Shown here: positions 36,701 through 45,303 of the stretch, in pieces
Layout: every line of letters begins with the position of its first letter
How positions within the stretch are numbered: position 1 is the stretch's first letter
Assembly: GCA_025558095.1 (NCBI GenBank)
Contig: JAIVFI010000020.1
Location: 558,001 to 622,000 of the forward strand
Source: Hyaloraphidium curvatum SAG 235-1
Taxonomy: Eukaryota > Fungi > Monoblepharomycota
Length of the DNA: 64,000 nt
Direction of reading: 5' to 3'
Program-made: the position numbers and the translations under genes
The notes under the pieces: model-generated
Seen by the model: the letters and a program-made list of their open reading frames with translations, nothing else
Databases searched by the model: none
Told to the model about the DNA's origin: nothing

Positions 36701-37205
36701 GGTTCGTTCTCGAACGCCGTCGGGTTGGCTTCGAAGTTGAGCTGGACTTGGGCGAGGAACCCGCGGAGATGGGTGCGCTTCCCGTCGAAACGGTCGGGCG
36801 CTGCCACCTTGAGCCGGATCTGCGGGGCTGCAGGTTGCTGCTGGGCTTGGAGTTGTTGAACGACAGCGAGCAGCTGCTGGTTGAACTGGTGCTGCTGTTG
36901 GATCTGCGTCGCCATCTGGGCGAGCATCTCGTTGGGGTCCATGGTCGGGTCGGGATGTCGGGTGTCGGGGTGAACGTTCGGATAATGTGCCCCCGTACCC
37001 CGTCTCCCCGTTCTCCCGATCCCGCAGGCCAGGACCGGCCTCCCACGGCCTCTCCTGACATTATCCGAACGTTCGGGTTGTACAGGCAAGATCTATCGGT
37101 TTATATAGTCCGCTCCGCGCCAGCGTGAGGCGTAGGTGCGTGTGGCGGAGCCAGGAAGAGTCCGGGAAAGCCTCAGAACCTTCCAGGGTGGCGTAGTCCC
37201 TGACA
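36700..37205 (-). mobile_element. truncated Ty3/gypsy (Tf1/chromovirus-like) LTR retrotransposon: 5' LTR (37205-36986), self-priming PBS (36985-36972), gag N-terminus (ATG 36942)
   Basis: TGTCA...CA LTR with TATATAAA (37107-37100); 17-nt inverted repeat 37058-37074 / 36972-36988; gag MDPNEMLAQ...LKVAAPDRFDGKRTHLRGFLAQVQLNFEANPTAF. Confidence 0.8.
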
Positions 37206-37537
37206 GATCCGGCGCTCCGCCGCGGCGGTGATGGCCTCGGGGGCCAGGAGAAGGCCGGGGACGGCGGTGCTCCGGAGCACTCGCATTCGATGTGCAGAGA
37301 GAGTGCCGGCTGACATGGGGGAGTGTTGATGCACGATAAGCGATGCAGGACAAGAGCCGAAGGAATCTGTTTGGGACCAAAGTCACATACCACGACAGGG
37401 TCGAGGACGCCAACTCAGCGGACTCGAATGAACTCTGAAAGACAAAGACCACAAGCATGAATTGCAAGCAATGAAGCTACATGAGCGGCGAAAACATGAA
37501 ACGCGGTCCTCACTTCCTGCGAATGGCCGCCGCCGGC

Positions 37538-39046
37538 CTACTCGGGCTCCGATTCATTCACCCCCTCCTTTCCGGCCCGCCAGAAGTCGATCTCTTCGCG
37601 GATGGCCCGCGACCGAATCTGCGGCGAAATGTCCTTCGGAGGCCGGCGGTCAGTGACAAAGTGTCCCATCTGGTGCCTGACCGCGGACTGCGACAGGATC
37701 TCCTTGACCTTGACGAGCTCGTCATGCCTGAGGCACGGCCACGCTCTGGAGACTTCGAACTCCTTCAGATTCGGTGGCAGACCGCCGAGCAGCACACGGG
37801 TCGGTAGCTCCTCGATCTCGAGCCTGTCCAAGCGGTCCAGCCGGCAGAGCTTGGGCCAGATCCTCGTGATCCGGCGATGGAAGTTACCGATGATCACCTC
37901 CGATAAGTCAGCGTTCATGTGCCGAAAGTGCTCGTACGTCCAATTGGCAATCTCCCGCGGATTGAAGCTGGGGTGTTCAAGAAGGACTTCCAAATGATGC
38001 AAGAAGTCGCCGTCTTCAAAAACGCGGATCTTCCTGATTGCGTCCGCCGAAAGCTCCGCGATGTTTTCCGGGTCGCAGTCTTCCAGGTTCAGACGGATAC
38101 TTGCGAGATTCGGGGCCCTTGAAACCAAGAGATTCACCAGATCAACGTCGAGAAACTCATTTGCAAACACTTGCAGCTCCAGGAGATCCGGGAAATCGCG
38201 GTCGATGGCAGGAAGCTCTTCGAAACCATGCAGCTCGAGACCGAGAAAGCGAAGTTTCGGCATGTTGAGAACTTCGATCATAGTGGGCCTCGCCCGTGGG
38301 TCCCCTGGCCGATGGAGAACAGTGACCCTCATCACCGCCTCGGGGCCAGGCTCTTTAGCAGAAAAGGCCATAGCAAGCTCTGCATTTTCGGTGACGAGGC
38401 GACGAAGAGGCCAGGAACGCTTGCGAATCTCCTGCAAAGTCGTCTCCGGCCATGAGCTTCCGTACATGGCTGTTGCCTCGAGCTCTTTCAGCGCGGGCAT
38501 CGAATCCAGCAGCGGGATCAGAAAGTCGGGTAGGCTTGTGGTTGCAACGGCTTCCGCGTTCTTGCACTTTGCACATAGCTCGGCGACAGCTTCCCGAAAG
38601 CTCACGTTGGCCACGAGCGCGTCGGTCCCAAGCACGCCCCCAAAATTGATTCGTCTCACGCGGTTAAACTTTCCGAGGTCAAGCGCGTCGTTGAGAAAGC
38701 TCCGGAACTGGTCAAGAGCCTGCTTCGGATCGGGTCGAAGGTGGCGCTTCCATGCGAGAACTTGCTCGAGCACCACCGTCGACAGGAGGAGGGGCACCAG
38801 GAGCTTGTAGGTCTCGCGCGATGTCATTGCAAAGTTGGCCAGCGTCCGCGACCTCGGCTTCAGGAACCGCGCGACTTCTAGGAGCATCTCGGTCGGGAGG
38901 CCGAACTCCGCGGCGGAGTTTGGCGCCGCAGAGCTAGGCCCGCTGGCCGCCTCCGAGGGTTCAGCTGCGGAAGCGGCTTCGGCGGCACCACCTTCGTGAC
39001 CCGCAATGGGGGCAACGGCCTTCTGGCGGCGCGTACGCGGGGGCAT
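37538..39046 (-). CDS. F-box/LRR-like protein, intronless
   Basis: LPTEMLLEVARFL F-box-like motif followed by degenerate LRRs (MPALKELE, MPKLRFLGL, FPDLLELQV, APNLASIRL). Confidence 0.8.
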   Translation of the reverse strand: MPPRTRRQKAVAPIAGHEGGAAEAASAAEPSEAASGPSSAAPNSAAEFGLPTEMLLEVARFLKPRSRTLANFAMTSRETYKLLVPLLLSTVVLEQVLAWKRHLRPDPKQALDQFRSFLNDALDLGKFNRVRRINFGGVLGTDALVANVSFREAVAELCAKCKNAEAVATTSLPDFLIPLLDSMPALKELEATAMYGSSWPETTLQEIRKRSWPLRRLVTENAELAMAFSAKEPGPEAVMRVTVLHRPGDPRARPTMIEVLNMPKLRFLGLELHGFEELPAIDRDFPDLLELQVFANEFLDVDLVNLLVSRAPNLASIRLNLEDCDPENIAELSADAIRKIRVFEDGDFLHHLEVLLEHPSFNPREIANWTYEHFRHMNADLSEVIIGNFHRRITRIWPKLCRLDRLDRLEIEELPTRVLLGGLPPNLKEFEVSRAWPCLRHDELVKVKEILSQSAVRHQMGHFVTDRRPPKDISPQIRSRAIREEIDFWRAGKEGVNESEPE

Positions 39047-39290
39047 GTTTGTGGTGTCCTGACACGTCACACGACCGACTCTCGGACGCCGAAGTAAAAG
39101 CGCCACAGAACTTCATCCTTAAGATTCTTCGGATTCGTTGCTAGCTCTCCTAGTAGAAGGGACTCCATCCGGCCTCGCCCAAGGCCTCGCCCAAGTTCGG
39201 CGCGCCGGCTTCGCGCGCGAGGTCGACGCGTTTCGTCGTTTCTGCCGCGCAACAACTCGCGCGCTCTCCTCACGCGCTCCAGCGGGCAGA

Positions 39291-40775
39291 ATGGAAGCCC
39301 GAATGCCCTTCGAAAAGCTGAGCCGGTTGTCTGCGGCGATGCAGCCCGCGATGCTGGCCGAGGCGGAAAAGTACAAAGCGCAGCACCAGAGCACTTCGGA
39401 CGCGTCGGGACGGGATGGCCCGCGCTTTCCCGAGGTCCACAGCGTCGTCAAGCGCGTACGCGACCGGCACCGCGCGTTCCGGCCCGACGAATCGCGGTGG
39501 CCCGAGATTCCGAAGGATGTGCTCACGTTGCTCCTGAAGCACGCGCCTGGCACCGGCGCGGCATTCGTGATCGCACCGGGACCCGAGAGCCGCTTGAAGA
39601 CGTGGTACACTGCCATCAGCGTCAAAGCTGTTCCGGGAGAACGTTCCGGGTGGTCCGAGTTTGGCGACGCGGTCTTGGCCGGCGAGACGGGGATGGTGCG
39701 CGCGCTCGTCGACGAGCTCGAGGCCGCAGAGGGCCCGGAGACGACGGCGAAGTTCCTTTCCATGGGGACGGAATGGTCTTTCGGGCAGTCGTACGTTGCC
39801 CTGGCGAATCTTGGCAAGAAGCTTTTCTCCCATTTCGGACGCCCGCCGGCGGAGCACGTCGGCGTCATCCAGGAGCTCGCAAAGCGCGGAGCCAACGTGA
39901 ATCACCAGGATTTCTTCGGCTACACGGCTCTCTTCCAGTCCCTCATCAACAACCCCCTCCTCGACGTCGCAGAGGCTCTTCTTTCCCTCGGTGCCGACAT
40001 CAACGTGCAGAACATCTTCGGGACGACCGTGCTGACATCGTGCATCATGGCCGGCGACGACCGCACGGCATCCTGGGTGCTCGACCACGGAGCGAGCGTC
40101 AACCACGGGATCCCGCCCCCTTCGGCCGTCGCCAGCAGGATCCCGCGGATGTCGGCCCTCCTCGCGTCGCACGAGCGCAAGAAGCAGAAGGAGGCGGCGC
40201 GGAAGCAGGGCCTCGTGCGCTGCGATGTGTGCGCCAAGTCGGCGGACGACGTGGACCTCAAGCGGTGCGCCAGGTGCCACGGTCCTTACTACTGCTCGAC
40301 CGCCTGCCAGAAGGAAGCGTGGCCCTCGCACAAGGCCGATTGCGCGGCCAAGGCGGCCGAAAATGCCGAGGAAATCGAGCTTCGGGTCATGGATCTGGGA
40401 TCCAACGTGATGATGAAGATTCCGAACGCTCTGCTGGGGGGATACGACCGCCCGGACGAGAAACCCGCGAAGAAGCCCGCGTCGGGCAAGCCGTTCGTCG
40501 TCAAAGCGCAGATCCAGCTGGTGGTCACGCCCCAAGGGCGGCATCCCAAACCCCCGGAGGACGGCGACACGATCACGGTGTACGACGCCTCGCGGACGGT
40601 CGAGTGCCTCCTCCAGCGCCGGGGGCAGGTGGAGCCCTGGCAGAGGTTGTACGATACGGTCCTGGACAAGGGGGTCGACCGGGCCAAGGCGTACTTCAAC
40701 GCCACGCTCGCCGAAGGAGACCCAAAGAGGCTCAGGATTCAGGTCGGCACGGTGCTCAAGCCACAGAAGTGGTAG
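39291..40775 (+). CDS. ankyrin-repeat + MYND zinc-finger protein, intronless
   Basis: GANVNHQDFFGYTAL, GADINVQNIFGTTVL; CDVC...LKRCARCHGPYYCSTACQKEAWPSHKADC; C-terminal KAYF...W domain. Confidence 0.92.
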   Translation: MEARMPFEKLSRLSAAMQPAMLAEAEKYKAQHQSTSDASGRDGPRFPEVHSVVKRVRDRHRAFRPDESRWPEIPKDVLTLLLKHAPGTGAAFVIAPGPESRLKTWYTAISVKAVPGERSGWSEFGDAVLAGETGMVRALVDELEAAEGPETTAKFLSMGTEWSFGQSYVALANLGKKLFSHFGRPPAEHVGVIQELAKRGANVNHQDFFGYTALFQSLINNPLLDVAEALLSLGADINVQNIFGTTVLTSCIMAGDDRTASWVLDHGASVNHGIPPPSAVASRIPRMSALLASHERKKQKEAARKQGLVRCDVCAKSADDVDLKRCARCHGPYYCSTACQKEAWPSHKADCAAKAAENAEEIELRVMDLGSNVMMKIPNALLGGYDRPDEKPAKKPASGKPFVVKAQIQLVVTPQGRHPKPPEDGDTITVYDASRTVECLLQRRGQVEPWQRLYDTVLDKGVDRAKAYFNATLAEGDPKRLRIQVGTVLKPQKW

Positions 40776-41018
40776 CCGAGTAGGTCGGGTTGGGAGGCTT
40801 GTATGGCTAGTCCTTGATTTTACTCTCCCGTCATGGTGTGTTTGCAAGGGCATCCAAGACTCCCGGGTACAAGCCGGGGATGACCCCTGCGACGCTGTCC
40901 TCCGCGGCCCTCGTCCACTGAGCTCCCCAAGCCGCAGGGAAGTTGCTGTTCGCGGAGAAATCCCTTGATTCCTCCCCCGCTCCGCAGATTGGACCTTGAG
41001 AGCCCTTCCCCCCGCGGG

Positions 41019-42335
41019 ATGGCGACCCAGGCCGCGGAACACGATGCTCCCCCGGCGAGCCTCCAGACGCTGCCTCCCGAGCTGCTCGATCAGATCTTTT
41101 CTTACGATGGGCCTTCCATGGCGGACCTTCACCGGTGCCGGCGGGCCTGCCGCACCGTCGGCGTTGCCGCAAAGGCCGCCTTCCTCGGCCGCGTGCGGAC
41201 CGCCCTCTTGGGCCCCGACTTGGACCCACACCTCTTCCTCGCCTTCATCGACGACACGAGGGGGCACCACGACGATGCCTCGGGACCGCCCGACTGCGCC
41301 AACGACGAGGATTGGGCGCGCTTCTTCCCTCTCCGCCCCGAAGCCATCGGCGGGATCCTGCGCGCGGCCGGGATCGGCCCCGAGCACGGCATCGTGAGGC
41401 TCTTCGTCGAGCACAACGCGCGCCGGGGGTTCTCGCGGGTGCACTCGGCGGCTACCTTGCTCCGCGGCATGCGGGCCACCACGGCGCATTTTGCCTTCGC
41501 GGCCGCGGTGCTTGATATTGCAGGGACTGCCGACGAATCGAACAACTGGGGCACGCTGACCAAGTTCATCTCCCTGGCTAGAACCGGGGTCGCCGACCAG
41601 GTGGATCTCACCCTCCGGTTGAGGCACCTGAAACCCGGTAGGCGGTGGCTGGCCGTCGCCTTCCTCGAGGGCTGGGTCGTCAACTCCGACCCCGTGGCGG
41701 CGGACGTCTTTGTCCTCGACAACTTCCCGAGGATGGTGCAGCTCTCGACCAAGGAAACGGGGCGGACGTCCATGCTGTTTTTCCAGCACCTCGCCACCTC
41801 GCTTATGCACGTGCCGGACCCTTTCATCTCGCGGGCCCTGGAAACCTCGCAGGAGCTGGATTGGATCTCCAAGGCCTTCCTCTTCGCCTGCATCGCCTCT
41901 GACCAGCCTGCCCAGCGGTACTTCCCCCTCCTCGGCCCCTTTCTATCTCGCCCCCGGTGCCCCGCGGCGGTGGACCCGGGCGCCTCCACCGAGTTTTTCT
42001 CCACCCTGCTGGGATACCAGGACACCATGTGGTGGTCAGACTTCTACGCCCGGTGCGCGGTAGAAGATGCCTGGCCGTCGGACATGGACCCGCTCTCGCC
42101 CGCCATCGGGTTTCACGAAATCCTCGCCGAGGACAGGGAGTGGGCCGAGGCTTTCGTCGGGACCGTGGTGAGGGACGAGCGCCCAGAGCTGCCCGAGCTC
42201 GGAGCGAGGCTGCGGAGGTTTGCGGACGCGAACGGGCTCCGCGGGAGCGCGGCGTGGCTGCGGGCTGCGGAGGAGGGGTTCAAGTGGGGGAGCCACGAGC
42301 GGGCGTCGCAGATCCTGGGGGCGTTTGTTGGCTAG
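41019..42335 (+). CDS. F-box protein, intronless
   Basis: SLQTLPPELLDQIFSY...DLHRCRRACR; remainder unrecognised. Confidence 0.8.
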   Translation: MATQAAEHDAPPASLQTLPPELLDQIFSYDGPSMADLHRCRRACRTVGVAAKAAFLGRVRTALLGPDLDPHLFLAFIDDTRGHHDDASGPPDCANDEDWARFFPLRPEAIGGILRAAGIGPEHGIVRLFVEHNARRGFSRVHSAATLLRGMRATTAHFAFAAAVLDIAGTADESNNWGTLTKFISLARTGVADQVDLTLRLRHLKPGRRWLAVAFLEGWVVNSDPVAADVFVLDNFPRMVQLSTKETGRTSMLFFQHLATSLMHVPDPFISRALETSQELDWISKAFLFACIASDQPAQRYFPLLGPFLSRPRCPAAVDPGASTEFFSTLLGYQDTMWWSDFYARCAVEDAWPSDMDPLSPAIGFHEILAEDREWAEAFVGTVVRDERPELPELGARLRRFADANGLRGSAAWLRAAEEGFKWGSHERASQILGAFVG

Positions 42336-42476
42336 CTCCCCGGCCGTTCTTGTATTCTTTCCGCTTACTACATGCACTTGCCGCCGGCATCCAGCTCGGT
42401 CGCCGCGTCCACACCTGCTGCGGATTCGAAAGGGAGTTCCACCGCCAACTCCTCCCCACCTTTCATTTTCTGACCG

Positions 42477-43177
42477 ATGGACTCCCTAACCTCCGCCTAC
42501 TCCGCGCTGCATTCCGCGCTCTCCCGTGCTTTGTGGCCCTCCGATCCCGCGCCCGCGCCGCCGGCAACCCGCGACCCGCGCGACATCGCCGCGGAGCTCC
42601 TCTCGCGCGAGGGCCTCTCGGGCGCGTGGGCGGCGTTCGTGGCCGACTCACGGTCCTTCGCGAACGCGGTGGGCCACTTCACGCGCTTTGCACGTTATTG
42701 GAGGGGCTGATTTGGGATTCGATGGCGGAAAGGTCGACTGGTCTGAGCCGTTCATCGGGGTCCTCGCCGCGTTCCACGTGTCCTTCCTTCTCTTCGTGCT
42801 GCGGAAAAGGGACGACCCCACCGCGACGATATGGAGCCTCGGGGTGCTCGGTGCGCCGCGATGCCGGCCGCGACGCGTGTTCGGCTGACCGCATGGCGGA
42901 CAGGGGTGCTTGCGCTCGCGACGGAGCGCCTGAACGCGCTGGCGTCGAGCAACTACGAGAGGATAGCGAGGACCAACTACTTCGACGCCAAGGGCGTGTT
43001 TGCCGCGACCGTTTTTGCCGGGCCGCTGCTGGCCATCATGTTCGTCGCCGTGGTGGGTCGCTCGCTGTTCCTCAACGATGACTCGCTGACGGAAAGCAGA
43101 TCCTGCTGGCGGTGCAGCTGTTCCGGACGGCGGTCAAGGCCAAGCGGGCGCAGCTCAAGGCCGGGAAGCGGAGATGA
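42477..43177 (+). CDS. TMEM18: transmembrane protein 18 homolog, three introns
   Basis: FANA|VDWSEPFIGVLAAFH...TERLNALASSNY...NYFDAKGVF...GPLL...VKAKRAQLK. Confidence 0.88.
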
Positions 43178-43355
43178 CACGGGCGGACCCCACCTCGAGG
43201 AAGGCAGCGATCCTCCAACGACGTCTGGTGATTACCCTCGGCAGCTAATGTACATAGGCATTACGCGATACCAATGAGGAGCGCCCGCGGGCCGCGAGCA
43301 CGTTCATCTGCGACAGTACCCTTCCCTCCTCCCGGCGTCCTTTCCCCTCCCCGCC

Positions 43356-44861
43356 TCACGCCAGCTCCGGCGTCCCCGGCGCCTCGCTCCCCGCGCTCTC
43401 CGCCCCCGCGTCCGTCTTGCGCTTCTTGGTCGGCCGCTTGGGAATGTGCGCCCCCACGCCGTGCGTCCTCTCGGCCACGAGCAGGTCGCTCAGCATGGCC
43501 AGGGAGCAGATGGGGTTCTCGCGGCCGTCGCCGGTGCGGTACGACTTCATCTTGGCGGCCAGGTCGCGGGCCACGGCGAAGATGGACTCGCCGCCGGCCT
43601 CGACGCGGGCCTCGATGTGGCGCTGGATCTCCTGGAGGCGCTTCCACCGCGAGCGCATCTGCGAGTTGGTCAGCCACGAGGAGCCAAAGTGCCGCCTGAG
43701 CGTCGACAGGCTGGGCGTCTCGGCGTCGACCTTGTAGTAGGCCCACAGGCGCACGATGCCCGTCTCGACGTCGGACCAGAACTTGGGGTCCGCGGGGTCG
43801 GCGTTCTGCGGGCTGAACTGGCCCAGGGTGGGGATCGGGTACGTGTGCCAGAGGAACTCGGACCGCCGCACCAGGGGCAGGATCTGGTCCCACCCGGCGT
43901 CGGGCCCGAGCTCGGGACGCGGGAAGCCGCCAAGCACGGGGCCGTCGTAGAAGGCCTCGAGGGGGGGCATGCGGTACCGCGTGATGGCGGGGCGCGGGGC
44001 GCCGGGCGGCAGCGGGCCGGGGTCGAGCGTGTCCGACGGGACAAAGTGCAGGAAGCCCTCGCGCGAGCGGAACCAGTACCGCGCCTCGCGCACCCAGCCC
44101 TCGTCGCCCTCGGGGGCGTCGTCGTCGGCGCCGCCGTCGGCCTTGGCGGGGGCGGGGGTGCGGATTCCGAGGCGGGCGAGCACGTCGGCGTGCGGGGGCG
44201 GGGCGCCGCCGTCGCGGGCGAGCAGGCAGCCCAGCACGTCGGCGTACGAGGCCAGCAGCTCGTCGAGCTCGCGCTGCGCCTGCACGACGTCGTGGGCGGC
44301 CGAGGCGTAGCGTGCCCACACGGCGCGCTGGGCGTCGGGCATGCCGGCGGTGGCGTCGTCTGGGGGCGGCGGCGGGGCGTCGGGCTGCGTGGTGGTCGCG
44401 GTGATCCTGTTGATGGTGTCGATCACGGCGCACAGCCGCTGGCGGGCGGTGTCCTCGAGGGCGAGCACGCGGCCGAGCGAGGCGTCGTCGTGCGTGCTGC
44501 CTGCGGGGCTGCCGGGCGCGGGGCTGCCGGGCTCCGTGCCGTGGTCGAGGTCGCCGTGGCCCGGCTGCGTCGCGCCCGCGTGGTCGTCGAGCTGCTCCGC
44601 GTGGCCGACCATGCCGCCGAGCGCGCCGAGCGCGCCGAGCGCGTCGCCGTCCTCCGCGTCCGAGTGGTGCGGCAGCGCGGGCATCTCGCCGATGCCGCGG
44701 CCGCCCGCGCCGCCGCGGCCGCCCGCCGACGCGCCGTCGCTCGAGGGGAACAGCGGCTCGTCGAACCGCGCCGGCCCGAACGGGGCAAAGTCGTCCGCGC
44801 CGAAGAGGCCGTGCGGCGCGTCGTCCGACGACGCCGCGGGCACAACCACGCCGAGCTTCAT
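43356..44861 (-). CDS. putative transcription factor with GCR1_C-type DNA-binding domain, intronless
   Basis: IVRLWAYYKVDAETPSLSTLRRHFGSSWLTNSQMRSRWKRLQEIQRHI fits GCR1_C; coiled coil; NLS PKRPTKKRK. Confidence 0.7.
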   Translation of the reverse strand: MKLGVVVPAASSDDAPHGLFGADDFAPFGPARFDEPLFPSSDGASAGGRGGAGGRGIGEMPALPHHSDAEDGDALGALGALGGMVGHAEQLDDHAGATQPGHGDLDHGTEPGSPAPGSPAGSTHDDASLGRVLALEDTARQRLCAVIDTINRITATTTQPDAPPPPPDDATAGMPDAQRAVWARYASAAHDVVQAQRELDELLASYADVLGCLLARDGGAPPPHADVLARLGIRTPAPAKADGGADDDAPEGDEGWVREARYWFRSREGFLHFVPSDTLDPGPLPPGAPRPAITRYRMPPLEAFYDGPVLGGFPRPELGPDAGWDQILPLVRRSEFLWHTYPIPTLGQFSPQNADPADPKFWSDVETGIVRLWAYYKVDAETPSLSTLRRHFGSSWLTNSQMRSRWKRLQEIQRHIEARVEAGGESIFAVARDLAAKMKSYRTGDGRENPICSLAMLSDLLVAERTHGVGAHIPKRPTKKRKTDAGAESAGSEAPGTPELA

Positions 44862-45100
44862 GTCCGCCGCGTCCGCAGAATGGAATTCAACTATGCCGTC
44901 CGCTTCCGGGATTCTTGGCCGTCGCCGCCGCCGCGGAATTCGAATTCGGAGAAGGAGCGGTTCTGGGACGGACGTCCATCACCCGTCAACGCGTCCCGGT
45001 CAGCTCCTAGACCACAAAAGAACAGGGAAGCAGTCCGAAAATTGAACGGAACAACAGAATGAATGGCAACTTCAAAAGACAATGTAAAAATCCGGCAGCT

Positions 45101-45144
45101 CAGATGTAACCCGCATGTGCACCAGATGTAACCCGCATGTGCAC
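45101..45144. repeat. perfect 22-bp tandem duplication CAGATGTAACCCGCATGTGCAC x2
   Basis: Read directly: 45101-45122 and 45123-45144. Confidence 0.95.
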
Positions 45145-45192
45145 AACAGTCCACGTCCTCAGATGACTTTTCCAACCATACAGCCTCAACCA

Positions 45193-45224
45193 GCTTGGAT
45201 TGACGCCGGCTTGGATTGACGCCG
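45193..45224. repeat. perfect 16-bp tandem duplication GCTTGGATTGACGCCG x2
   Basis: Read directly: 45193-45208 and 45209-45224. Confidence 0.95.
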
Positions 45225-45303
45225 GTTACCCACCCGAGCCATACAAGTAAGCTACCGGTGTTGACCGCCCTGCCGTCCGACCCGGCATCCACACCCTCGC
45301 CCG

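Noticed and set aside
37267-37280. Perfect 14-bp palindrome GTGCTCCGGAGCAC
   Set aside because: Several palindromes of this length are expected by chance in 64 kb of GC-rich DNA.
27169-37400. Island as a Starship, CACTA, KDZ or Helitron element
   Set aside because: No captain recombinase, transposase motifs, terminal repeats or target-site duplication could be identified, so no class is assigned.
39270-41810. 846-aa ORF on the - strand (likewise 13390-15744, 57465-59498, 45488-47374 and similar)
   Set aside because: Arg/Gly/Pro-rich alternative-frame ORFs overlapping genes with clear motifs; expected at this GC content.
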